Of a DNA stretch of 64,000 nt, positions 12,101-24,671 are shown piece after piece; the stretch's first letter is position 1, and the number at the start of each line of letters is the position of its first letter. A program made the position numbers and the translations under genes. A model generated the notes under the pieces. It searched no databases, was not told the origin of the DNA, and saw only the letters and a program-made list of their open reading frames with translations. Origin of the DNA: Eledone cirrhosa (Eukaryota); assembly GCA_964016885.1 (NCBI GenBank), contig OZ024746.1:93124001-93188000 (forward strand), read 5' to 3'.

Positions 12101-13540
12101 GTGAGTCTTCCTCTTCATAGTCTTCATAAAATTTTGAATTAATTTCATTAACCTTCTCAATACCAACAAGCTTGAGTCCACCTCTGTTCAAAGATGCATG
12201 TCTGGTGGCTAGAGTGTTGGACTCACAATCATAATATTGTGGGCTTGATTCCTGGACTGGTTAATGTGTTGTGTTCCTGAGCAAGTTACTTCATTTTTGT
12301 TGCTTTTCATAAGACTGGAGTCATATCATTAACCCTTTAGCATTCACATTACTCTATATTTACTATTGTATTTTCGCAGTAAAGGCTTTATCTTACATTA
12401 TATCAAATCTATGAGATTTTGATATCATTTATTTTGAGAACGATATCTTAATGTTGGATGAGCAGCCAGTTATGGCCAGTTTAAACAGAAAGATGAGAGA
12501 ATTTTGGCCAGATACGGCTGGTTTAAATGCTAGTGTTAAAACGTCCAATAAATCTCCTATGCAATACAACCTCATAGGAGGCCACTAAACCTGCATAAGT
12601 GTATGCTGACAATTTTATTCTTCATTACATATTACTAAAGTGTGTATATAAATTAAAATCTTAATAAAATTCTCATAAGATTTCAGTTGGTCAACACTAG
12701 TCTAATCTATACCAATATATAAAGTTACAAAGGCAGTGGAATAGAATTGTGAGATTGTCACATAAAATGTCGATGTGATATTTGCTATGGCTCTTAACAT
12801 ACCAAGTTCAAATCTCATTGCGGTCAACTTTACCTTTCATCCTTCCAGGGTCAATAAAATACCAGTCAAGTACTGAGGTTGTACAGTACAGATATTTTAC
12901 TAAACTTCTCCAAACTTTTGATTAAATCTTGAAGCAAGAAAAGATATTTCATTTTCAACAGATTTAAATCAATTACAAAAATTTTCTTCTGTATTTCCAT
13001 CACTCATTTTCAAACATATATCCACTAAAGAAATAAATAATAGTTAGCTAAGGGCAGACTCCTAGCAGAGCAACCTGACATAAGCCTTCTATCAGTTAGT
13101 GGAACTGGATCAGTAAGTAGTACATGTGTTCCCAATATAGTCATATTGAATGGTTATGAATGATGGACCCAATCACCTTAAATATTGACTAGATATGGTC
13201 ACTTTTTACTTCGGTATTTGTCGTAGCACAAGAAATAAAATGATTAAAGAGATAAAATAGAAATAGCTTTCGCCATATTTTTTGACTAATGGAATTTTAA
13301 CCTGATAGTGGGGTTTAAAATCCTCTAAGAAATGGAAAAAGATGAGTATTGATGTAGGGTTTTAAACCCCACTATTAGGGTAAAATTTCTTTATTAAAAA
13401 AAAAAAATAAAAAATAAAAATAAATAAAAATACACCAAAATCTTCTATTTCAAACTTCGCTTGCTGTTTCAAAACAAACTTACTTGACTAAAGAGATATA
13501 CTTAGAAATTTCAAATTTAATGTGATGCTTTGTTGCTAGC

Positions 13541-13758
13541 CTCTTAATGTCCTGTACCACATGAAACCACATTAACAGGGCATTCTTGAAAAGAACAAAA
13601 TAGCACAATGACTGAGTCATGTTAAAAATTAAAATCTTTATTTTAGTTTATTGTAGATTTTCATGATTTGTCCACTGGTAAACATACTATAAAGATTTGA
13701 GTAACCAACCCATTTTTACATATTTTCTGTTAATTCATTACAGGATGTTAAGAGTTAA
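13541..13758. mobile_element. TTAA-type MITE family 3; copies at about 20172-20388, 29372-30008 and 39215-39515
   Basis: ctcttaatgtcctgtaccacatgaaaccacatt ... tacaggatgttaagag|ttaa inverted termini. Confidence 0.7.
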
Positions 13759-13902
13759 TCGGAGAACCAAATTTTATTCTATTAATATTCTTTTATTCCT
13801 TTACTAGTTTCATTCATTACACTGTGACCATACTGGGGCACCATCTTTGAAGGACCTCTAAGTTATAGAACATAAATACTTCACATAAATATCCATGTGC
13901 AT

Positions 13903-13936
<34 letters not shown>

Positions 13937-14759
13937 AGAGACACGCACTGAGACACGCACTGAGAGACACGCACTGAGAGACACGCACTGAGAGACACGC
14001 ACTGAGAGACACGCACTGAGAGACACGCACTGGGAGACACGCACTGGGAGACACGCACTGGGAGACACGCACTGGGAGACACGCACTGGGAGACACGCAC
14101 TGGGAGACACGCACTGGGAGACACGCACTGGGAGACACGCACTGGGAGACACGCACTGGGAGACACGCACTGGGAGACACGCACTGGGAGACACGCACTG
14201 GGAGACACGCACTGGGAGACACGCACTGGGAGACACGCACTGGGAGACACGCACTGGGAGACACGCACTGGGAGACACGCACTGGGAGACACGCACTGGG
14301 AGACACGCACTGGGAGACACGCACTGGGAGACACGCACTGGGAGACACGCACTGGGAGACACGCACTGGGAGAGACGCACTCTCTCGCACGCACTCTCTC
14401 GCACGCACTCTCTCGCACGCACTCTCTCTCGCACGCACTCTCTCTCGCACGCACTCTCTCTCGCACGCACTCTCTCTCGCACGCACTCTCTCTCGCACGC
14501 ACTCTCTCTCGCACGCACTCTCTCTCGCACGCACTCTCTCTCGCACGCACTCTCTCTCGCACGCACTCTCTCTCTCACGCTCTCTCTCTCTCACGCTCTC
14601 TCTCTCTCTCACGCTCTCTCTCTCTCTCACGCTCTCTCTCTCTCACGCACTCTCTCTCTCTCACGCTCTCTCTCTCTCTCACGCTCTCTCTCTCTCTCAC
14701 GCTCTCTCTCTCTCACACTCTCTCTCTCTCTCACACTCTCTCTCTCTCTCACACTCACA

Positions 14760-14833
<74 letters not shown>

Positions 14834-14866
14834 CTCGCTCTCGCTCTCGCTCTCTCTCTCTCTCTC
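13903..14866. repeat. Compound array: (CA)n, 14-bp gcactgggagacac (about 31 copies), 16-bp gcactctctctcgcac, (CT)n
   Basis: Directly visible tandem units. Confidence 0.97.
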
Positions 14867-15097
14867 AATGGGCTTCTGCACAGTTTTTTCTACCAAATTT
14901 TTCTCATGGGATATTGGTCATCCTGCAGTGCCATGCCATAGGATTGAACCTAAAGCCATGTGATTGTGAAGCAAGCTCCTTAACACAACCATGCATCCAC
15001 CTGTTATGTTTCAGTTGGCCTAATCTTATGATTAGATGGTAAATAGGTGTTACTAAATGTAGGTCCCTACGGCCATAATGGAAGGTAGAGATCTCTA

Positions 15098-15915
15098 ACT
15101 GCCATTATGGCCACCTCTGACCTCTACATGCCATTGTGGCCACCTCTGACCCCCTACATGCCATTATGGCCACCTCTGACCCCCTACATGCCATTATGGC
15201 CACCTCTGACCCCCTACATGCCAGTTTGGCAATATTCACACTGTTGACATCTACCTGTGTATATCACCATATTGACATTTCTGACATCTACCTATGTGTA
15301 TCACCATATTGACACTGTTGACATCTACCTGTGTATATTACCTTATTGACATCTACCTGTGTATATCACCATATTGACACTTCTGATCTCTACCTTTCAT
15401 TATGGAATCAAAGATGTTTAGCTGTAGTCATTAAAATTAAGCAACTTTAGAATTATTAAAAAAACCTAAAAGAAACATTTTAAAGCCATGTCACATGCAA
15501 AGACAACAGTTAACCATGCATAGCTTATCAACAAACAAGGGGCTTTCAAACATAGCTTATCTACAAACGAGGGGCTTTCAAACATAACTTATCTACAAAC
15601 AAGGGGCTTTCAAACATAGCTTATCTACAAACAAGGTGCTTTCAAACATAGCTTATCTACAAACAAGGGGCTTTCAAACATAGCTTATCTATAAACAAGG
15701 AGCTTTCAAACATAGCTTATCTACAAACAAGGGGCTTTCAAACATAGCTTATCTACAAACAAGGGGATTTCAAACATAGCTTATCTACAAACAAGGGGAT
15801 TTCAAACATAGCTTATCTACAAAGAAGGAGCTTTTAAACTTAATTTATCTACAAACAAGGGGCTTTCAAATATAGCTTATCTGCAATCAAGGGACTTTCA
15901 AAGATAGTTTATCTA
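15098..15915. repeat. Cluster of short minisatellites: 30-bp unit (about 4 copies), degenerate ~40-bp unit, 32-bp catagcttatctacaaacaaggggctttcaaa (about 12 copies, 15520-15915)
   Basis: Directly visible tandem units. Confidence 0.9.
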
Positions 15916-17340
15916 GAGGAGCCTGGCTGGCTTGTAAATTGTAATAGTTACTTGTAGTCATCATCACCATCATCACTATTTTACGTCAATTGTTCCATGC
16001 TAGCATGGGTTAGATGGGTGGTCTTGTTGTCAGCAATGCTAAGTCAGGTGACTGTTTTACACATATAGAACAGATTTTGGCTTGGTTTCTACAGCTGGAT
16101 GCCCTTCCTAACACCCTCATTTACAGTGAGTACTATTATAAATAAATACTGTACAAACATGGGGGAGGGGTTTTCTATCATTGAAACTGGTCATTGGCTT
16201 AGTCTTACTTTCTTCAGTGAATTCAATAGAACCATTATTTGGTTGTTTGACCTGCTAGAAATATCTGCCAAATTCCTTCAAATCACAATTGACCATTGGA
16301 AAAACAAAAACAAAACACTCATTGGACAATGTAGTTTTAGATATAGAAAAAGATGGGATGGTCATTGCTAAACCATCTTTGATGATAGGTGTGGTCAATA
16401 ATGGTGGACCTGATGGTAAACAACAATAATATTTAAAAGGAAAACAAAACAAAACTGACTTTTATTGGATAAAATCTGAAACAAATAAAACATTTCCATG
16501 TTAAAGATAAAAAGTACAGAACCTCACAACAACAGCAGACATGTATATGGAGCCATATGGAAAGATTGTTATTAGACTCCATTAAATATTAATATCTTTA
16601 TCATATTAATCTAATGGAAATTGACCTTTTGTTTATATTGTCTATTGTCTATAGAAATTGTTTGGTTTGTTGTTCCTACCTTATGTGCTTCACGACAATA
16701 AGTTAGGACATTATTAACAATCCTAAACATATAAGGCATTACATAAAAAAAAAAAAAAAAAAAAAACAGCAAATGATACAAACCCCCACACATAAAATAC
16801 ATGTTGACATGACAAACACAAAAATGACAGACATGGAGGCGCAGAAATGAAACACAAAATGCACTACAAAACAAAGACAAGATGGAGTAGAAGTTTAACC
16901 CTTTAGCATTTAAACTGGCTGTATCTGGCTAGAGAGATCCCACACCTCTTTCTGTTCAAACCAGCTGTAACTTGCTACTCATAATGATGTTAAGTTATTA
17001 TCCTCAAAATAAATAATATCAAAATCTCATAGATTCGATATTATAATAGTTAAAGCCTTTACCACGAAAATACAACAGTATATATAATGTAAATGCTAAA
17101 GGGTTAAGACCACAAAGAAGAGGCACAAAACAGATTGTCATTGAGGATGGCACAGAATGTATGACAAAAGAACATTGATAAACAAATAAATAACGAATAA
17201 AGATATGAAAATTATGTGGTGCAGGTTTCTTTCAATTAGCAACGTGACTATCTCCAAATATAACAATAGCTTTACATAATTATTTATTTATATTTTTTTG
17301 CCTTCTCTTTTTAAATGAACTGTCATTATTATTTTACAAA

Positions 17341-17535
17341 AGGGCGGTGGATTGGCAGTATCGGTAGAGTGTCAGATGCTATGCTTTGCAGCATAGTTAC
17401 GTCCCTTTACGATCTGAGTTCAAATCCCGCCGTGGTTAACTTTGCCTTTCATCCTTACGGGGTCGATAAAATAAAGTACCAGAAATGCACTGGGTAATTG
17501 CTGGCCTTGTGCCAAAAGTAGAAACAATTATTATT
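17341..17535 (+). mobile_element. Second tRNA-like SINE family; copies at about 10882(-), 12735, 26450, 29625(-), 30495(-), 30690(-), 33300, 34225(-), 40090(-), 48835, 56140 and 59587
   Basis: tggcagtatcggtagag ... gagttcaaatccc (A/B boxes), central gcctttcatccttacggggtcgataaaataaagtacc (resembles the Meta/MESC SINE domain, from memory), tail ggccttgtgcc..agaaac(att)n. Confidence 0.8.
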
Positions 17536-18562
17536 TTACATTGTCTTTCCATGGGTTGGATGGGTTGTCATGGTCTGAGACCAGGGTGTGCTGTGTGCAC
17601 TTTTCATAGCAGTAACATTATCATTTTACAGAGCAGACTGGGTGCATTTTTTTTATTGACATCAACAATACCATTTTACAGAATGCACTGGCTGCATTTT
17701 TTCATGGCACCGCCACTACCACTTTCAATAATGTATTGGGTGCATTTTTTTGTCGTGCAAAAAATGTACTGAGTATACTGTGTAGGTTTTATCATGGCAC
17801 CAACACTAGGTGTATATAAATTACAAATTCTAATTACAGGAATTTGCAACTGAAATGAGGTTCCTCCGATGGATCTTTGAAGTAATGTTATAGAGTGCAT
17901 AGCTTGATAGAGTCCATAGCTCGTAGATCAGTGAGTTACTCAAGGTAGAGCTGCTACTTCTCCGAATTGAAAGATCACAGCTCCAGTAGTATGGGCATGT
18001 AGTTAGAATGTTTCAGGAAAGAATTGCTGGACAGATTTTACAGGTAAAACCAACTGACAGAAGACCCAGAGGTAGACCCTGAGCAAGATGGTTGGATAAC
18101 ATCCATGAGCTTGCCTGGTCTCACTTAGAGATCCAGCTGGATCAGTTGGAGACAGTTGTTTCTGACAGAACCCACTAGAGGGAGTGTTTGGGGACTCTGC
18201 TCCCATGACCCTCTCGAGAATAAGTGGGTGAAGAAGAAGATTAATATTTTAATAATTTATTTCTAAGATATAATTACATAAATGTTCAGTATATACACAT
18301 GATATACGAGATTATATTTATGAGTAACTTAGAAGAAATAACTATTTACCGGACGAAGTGTAAGGTTAGAACCCAGTAACTAGGGATAAGAAAACAAATT
18401 CTTTATTGTAGCAGCATGACTGAGGTTGGAGGTACATTGTGTGTGTGCTTGTGTGTTTATCATTATCACAACTCTCTCAGGAATGTGTTTTTTAAAAAAA
18501 AAAATTGATTAAGTTTTTACTTGAATTTAAAAATAAATATTGTTTTTCTACTTTAATCATAG

Positions 18563-18645
18563 GTTCTCCTTTTATTGTTCTCAATCTTGCGGAGATTGGC
18601 ATGGGACTATGGCAGAATTGCTCTCGTCAGTCGCAACGAAGACAA
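18563..18645 (+). CDS. TMEM63: TMEM63 coding exon 2
   Basis: ag|VLLLLFSILRRLAWDYGRIALVSRNED|gtaagt; contains the TMEM63 hallmark AWDYGRxALV; phase 0 to 2. Confidence 0.95.
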
Positions 18646-19013
18646 GTAAGTGCAATTAATTTTCTTTTAATTTCCATTTGTATTATTCTGTTACTGGCTT
18701 CAGTTGGTAGACTACGGCCATTCTGGGGCACCACCTTGGTTTTAGTTGACCATATCAACCCCCATTACATTTGTTTTAATTTGATGATCTCCTTTTTGTC
18801 GAACTTCTAGGTTACAGGACGCACACACGCACACATACAGAAATGACTTCTACAGGACTAGAACTGTTTCATTCATATGAAATCAAGCCAATCGTGATGA
18901 TTTTTATATGTAATAAAGATGCCTGTGCTCTACCAATATATTGAGTACCTTTTTTAACTCTGGTTACCCCCTGAGACAACTTGGGAACCTATGTATGTAT
19001 ACGTGTGTGTGAG

Positions 19014-19068
<55 letters not shown>

Positions 19069-19076
<8 letters not shown>

Positions 19077-19728
19077 ATACTTTGGGAGGGTCATGTTGCC
19101 AATAAGAAACACACGCACCAGTTGCTTTCACTTCAATTTATTATAATAAATTTATAAATTTAGGAATTTATAAATTTCCGGTTGGTTGGTTCCACAACCA
19201 GATGATTGTTCATATATTGTCAAAGTTCTTTCGTCACACATTCTGTGACCTCTTCAGTGACTGGGGATTCTTTTCCAACCAAAATTAAATAGAAAACATG
19301 AATGGAACAGCAACATCACAACTTACAATTAAGGACAAAATGAAAACGCACACACACATAGAACAAACAACCAACCAGTAACATGTAAATAAACAAATAA
19401 ATAAACAAATATAAACACACACAGACACCCGGATGTAACACATGCGCAAACTAAGCACACAACACACACAAAAACAAGATGGCGTAGGACAGAACAAAGG
19501 AGAGGCACAAAAACAAAGAAAAGAATCCCCAGTCACTGAAGAGGTCACAGAATGTGTGACGAAAGAACTTTGACAATATATGAACAATCATCTGGTTGTG
19601 GAACCAACCAACCAATCGGAAATTTATAAATTCCTAAATTTATAAATTTATTATAATAAATTGAAGTGAAAGCAACTGGTGCATGTGTTTCTTATTGGCA
19701 ACATGACCCTCCCAAAGTATAACAATAT
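19069..19728. repeat. Long inverted repeat (arms about 19069-19274 and 19518-19728), probable Penelope-like element terminus
   Basis: Near-perfect arms of about 205 bp next to (TA)n; the terminal gttatatttgggagggtcatgttg motif recurs near 10367, 21075/21250 and 21429/23118; contains a hammerhead motif. Confidence 0.8.
19532..19574 (+). ncRNA. Minimal type I hammerhead ribozyme-like motif (mirror copy on - strand at 19219-19261)
   Basis: gtca-CTGAAGA-g-gtcaca(gaatg)tgtgac-GAAA-g(aa)c-TT-tgac: core boxes, 6-bp stem II, minimal stem III, 4-bp stem I. Confidence 0.6.
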
Positions 19729-21639
19729 CGGTTTCAACACACGTTTTCAGATAAAGAATCTTGCTAAACAAATTCAGAAACAAAATATATATATAAAAAT
19801 GCAAAAGGCAAACAGAAATAACAAAGCAAACAACACAGTACAATGAAGAAATATATTATTAGTTTTACGCTTGAAATAGTAGGAAAAGAGCCTTAACGTT
19901 TTGGACTCTAGTCCTTCATCAGAAAATAGAATGAGAAATTAAAGAAGAAATAGAAAGAGAGAGGAGACTTGGCAGTGGCAGAAACAAGAAAACACACACA
20001 TGCCAGTTTCTGCAAAGGCAATTTTGAAATTGTTTGCCCATGACTGATATAGCCTATGATAGGATGCTTGTTTTAATCTTGATTTGTTAAACTAAATTAC
20101 ATTCAGAGGAAGTATTCAATGGTTATGCCCCTTTACATTTTCAATCAAAATCCAGCCCAGTTCCATAAATTAATAATATCCTGTACCACATGAAACCACA
20201 TTAGCAAGATATTTTCGAAAAATACTAAGCAGCACTATGACTGCACTACATTAAAATTTCCAATACTTTAAAACTGTAAAAAGAATTCACAACAGTCTGA
20301 TCACCAATAAAAATACAATAAACATTTGACTAAACAAACCTATTTTAAATTATTTTTTGCTAAATCCTTACAGGATGTTAAGAGTTAACCTTTATTTGTA
20401 TGTTTATTTATTCATCATAACCACATAGCTTAGTGGTTAGAGTGCTAGGCTCCCAAATATAAGGCTGTGTGTTCAATTCTTGAACTGGGTGATACATTGT
20501 GTCTATGAACAAGACACTTTGTTTCACATTGTTTCAGTAAACTCAGCTGGTAAAGATGAATTCTGATGATACTTATGTCAAGTTATATCAGCCTTTGCCT
20601 TTCTTTTGGATAACATTGGTGTTGTGGAGAGGGAAGACTTACACACATGAGCCTCTGCTGGTCTTCCCAAAAATACACTGACCAGGCTTGTGCCTTGGAA
20701 AGGCATATCTATAGTCAGTCATGACCAGAGACATAACTAGGGATAATAGCGCCTATGGCAAGCAGTGAAATTGCACCCCTGTCCAGCTCTATTTTTTACC
20801 TATGGGCCTTAATAATTTAAATAAATGGTTTAAAGATCCAGCCACCATAGTGTTCTCACCCATGATAGAGACAGATCATACATCTGAAGGAGTTTCTTTT
20901 TTCACTCTTTGCCAAGGCTTATTTGACTTTAATAAAACGTGTGCCTAGTCCAAGTGGCGCCCTCTTCATGCGGTGCCCATGGCATGGGCCATGTTTGCCA
21001 TACCTTAGTTACATCTCTGGTCAGACCAAAGGGAGCACTTTCCTATTCATTTATCTCAATAGTATTCTTTTTATTGTTATATTTGGGAAGGGTCATGTCC
21101 TAATATTGTCAAAAATAGTAAAACACACTGTTTATTTTGGTTTTCGCTTCAGTATATTTTTATGTTTTTATGAATACCAAACCAAACAGTGAGTGTGTTT
21201 TACTATTTTTTGGCAATATTAGGACAATATGACCCTCTGCAAATATAACATCTGTTTCAACACATGATTTCATACCAAAAAAGTATTTGTTTTATTTGGT
21301 TTCAAAGTTTCAGTATTTTTGCTTTCTTTTAAATACTATAAGATATTTTAATTTGAAGAATTTTATTTTTTGTATGATTTTAATGATTTATTTATATTTG
21401 TTTTGCAAGATTCTTGATGTGAGATTTTGTTGTACCTTGGGAAAGTCATACTGCCAATGAAAAACATACAGTAGTTGTATTATACTCAATTAGATAATTA
21501 GTTAATTAAAGTGAAGGTGCATGGCTTAGTGATTAGAGCGTTGGGCTTGTAATTGAGAGCTTGTGAGTTTGATTCTTGGACTGGGTGATGTGTTGTGTCC
21601 TTGAGCAAGACACTTTATTTCACATTGCTCCAGTTCACT

Positions 21640-22788
21640 CAGTTGTTTTAGTGTCACTGCTCTTGTACTGGTGAATAGCTGTTTTAGTATCACTGTGCTT
21701 GTTGTACTGGTGAATAGCTGTTTTGGTGCCACTGCTCTTGTACTGGTGAATAGCTGTTTTGGTGCCACTGCTCTTGTACTGGTGAATAGCTGTTTTAGTG
21801 TCACTGTGCTTGTTGTACTGGTGAATAGCTGTTTTGGTGCCACTGCTCTTGTACTGGTGAATAGCTGTTTTAGTGTCACTGTGTTTGTTATACTGGTGAA
21901 TAGCTGTTTTGGTGCCACTGCTCTTGTACTGGTGAATAGCTGTTTTAGTGTCACTGTGTTTGTTGTACTGGTGAATAGCTGTTTTGGTGCCACTGTGCTT
22001 GTATTGGTGAATAGCTGTTTTAGTGTCAGTGTTTGTTGTACTAGTGAATAACTGTTTTAGTGTCATTGTGCTTGTTGTACTGTTGAATAGCTGTTTTGGT
22101 ATCTTTGTGCTAGTGAATAGCTGTTTTAATGTCATTGTGCTTGTTGTACTGGTGAATAGCTGTTTTGGTATCTTTGTGCTAGTGAATAGCTGTTTTAATG
22201 TCATTGTGCTTGTTGTACTGGTGAATAGCTGTTTTGGTATCTTTGTGCTAGTGAATAGCTGTTTTAATGTCATTGTGCTTGTTGTACTGGTGAATAGCTG
22301 TTTTGGTATCTTTGTGCTAGTGAATAGCTGTTTTAATGTCATTGTGCTTGTTGTACTGGTGAATAGCTGTTTTGGTATCTTTGTGCTAGTGAATAGCTGT
22401 TTTAATGTCATTGTGCTTGTTGTACTGGTGAATAGCTGTTTTGGTATCTTTGTGCTAGTGAATAGCTGTTTTAATGTCATTGTGCTTGTTGTACTGGTGA
22501 ATAGCTGTTTTGGTATCTTTGTGCTAGTGAATAGCTGTTTTAATGTCATTGTGCTTGTTGTACTGGTGAATAGCTGTTTTGGTATCTTTGTGCTAGTGAA
22601 TAGCTGTTTTAATGTCATTGTGCTTGTTGTACTGGTGAATAGCTGTTTTGGTATCTTTGTGCTAGTGAATAGCTGTTTTAATGTCATTGTGCTTGTTGTA
22701 CTGGTGAATAGCTGTTTTGGTATCTCTGTGCTGGTGAATAGCTGTTTTAATGTCGTTGTGCTTGTTGTACTGGTGAATAGCTGTTTTG
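21640..22788. repeat. Minisatellite with 39/36/33-bp variants and a 72-bp higher-order dimer
   Basis: Core gtgaatagctgtttt; all unit lengths are multiples of 3, hence the long ORFs. Confidence 0.95.
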
Positions 22789-23224
22789 TATTATGGCATA
22801 TCATACTGATAATACGCACCATTCAGTGGCAGCTGGGAGGGATGGGGTTAGCTTTGTGACAGACTGTATTCTTAATTGCTTAATATTTCATGAAACTAAG
22901 ATAAGCTTCAGCCTGTGACCAACTCTTGTAAGCATGGAAGAGTGGATCCTAAAACGATATCTCATTTCATTTTCTCTGTTTGCCTCTCAGAACCTAATTT
23001 GACAAACCAATTGATAAAATGATTAATTATTTAACTAATTATCTAATTGGTTAATAAAACTGAAGCGAAAACAACTAGTGCATGTTTTTCTTGGCAGTAT
23101 GACTTCTAAAATACAACATATTTTTATTTCAAAGGTATCGAGGCATTGAATAGATAAAAAGTTGAGAAATCTCAAATGCAGAAAATAATTGTAACCACAG
23201 TCGCCATTGCTGCTGCTGCTGCTG

Positions 23225-23816
23225 TCTCCTTCTTCTCCTTCTTCACCTTCTTCACCTTCTTCACCTTCTTCTTTCCTTCTTCTCCTCCTTCACCTTCTCC
23301 TTCTTCTCCTTCTTCTCCTCCTCTTCCTTCTCCTTCTTCTCCTTCTCCTTCTCCTCTTCCTTCTCCTTCTTCTCCTTCTCCTTCTCCTCTTCCTTCTTCT
23401 TCTCCTTCTTCTCCTCCTTCTTCTTCTTCTCCTTCTTCTCCTCCTTCTTCTTCTCTTTCTTTTTTCTTTTTCTTTTTTCTTTCTTTTTTCTTTTCTTTTT
23501 TCTTTCTTATTTCTTTCTTTTTTCTTTCTTTCTTTTTTTCTTTTCTTTTCTTCTTTCTTTCCCTTTTCCCTTTTCTTTCCCTTTTCTTTCCCTTTTCTTT
23601 CCTTTTTCTTTCTTTTTTCTTTTTTCTTTTCTTTTTTCTTTTTTCTTTTTTCTTTTTATCTTTGTTCTTTCTTTCTTTTTTTCTCTTTTTTTTCTTTCTT
23701 TTCTTTCTTTTTTTCTTTCCTTTCTTTTCCTTTCTTTCTTTCTTTTTCTTTCGTTTTTCTTTCTCCTCTTCTTTTTTTTCTCATTTTTTTCTCCTTTCTT
23801 TCTTTCTTCTTCTTTG
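23225..23816. repeat. Polypyrimidine tract of about 590 bp
   Basis: Almost pure C/T on the + strand. Confidence 0.97.
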
Positions 23817-24671
23817 TCCATTTATTCCTGAGGGGGGTCATGGTGCGCAGAGTCCTCAAACATTCCTTCCAGCTGGTCCTGTCAGAAGCAACCATCTCCA
23901 ACTGATCCCTAAGCATGACCAGCCAAGCTCATGGGTGTTATCCAACCATCTTATTTGGGTTTTACCCCTAGGTCTCCTGGCAGTTCGTTTTGCCCATAAA
24001 ACCTGTCCAGTAAATCTTTCCTGAGACATTCTAACCACATACTCATAGTATCAGAGCTGTAATATCTCAATTTGGAGATATAGTGGCTCTACCTGGAGTG
24101 ACTCTCTGATCTCCGAGCTCTGCACTCTATTGAATAACATTACTTCAAAAACCCTTCGGAGGAATCCCATTTCAGCTGCTTCTATTCGTGATCGTATTCT
24201 TTTGGTCATTATCCAAGATTCATGACCATAGGCACGAATACCAAATTGAAGATAGCAAGTTTGGCTTTTATGCCTACCTCCCTTCTGATTACTGTAATCA
24301 TAGTTGATTCTTCTAAATACCAGCTAGTGGCCACTTTTTTTCCATTTACAGGGGTATTTTACCTGATTTTTAAAACTATTATCTATAGCAATTGACTGTG
24401 CTTACAGTTACTTTCTGCATTTGGGATCTGATTTCTAAGAGTATGTATATTTATTTATCCCATAGTATTTTTTCTATTTGATTTCTAAGCTTCAACATTG
24501 TTTTTCTTTTGATTTCTATGAAATGTTTTAATTAAAAGAATTTTGTTAACTTTTGTATCATTCTAATGACTTGTTTTATTTTGTATTTTTATTATTATTT
24601 GCTTAGTTTTATTTTTGTTTTTCATTATTTTTGGTTCTTTTTATTTTTTTTATTTTTTATTTCTACTACAG

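Noticed and set aside
13817-14630. Cys/Arg/Val-rich ORFs on the - strand
   Set aside because: Artefact of 14- and 16-bp tandem repeats.
21526-24024. KQLFTST-repeat, poly-Leu/Phe and poly-Lys ORFs
   Set aside because: Minisatellite and polypyrimidine tract; no splice or domain support.
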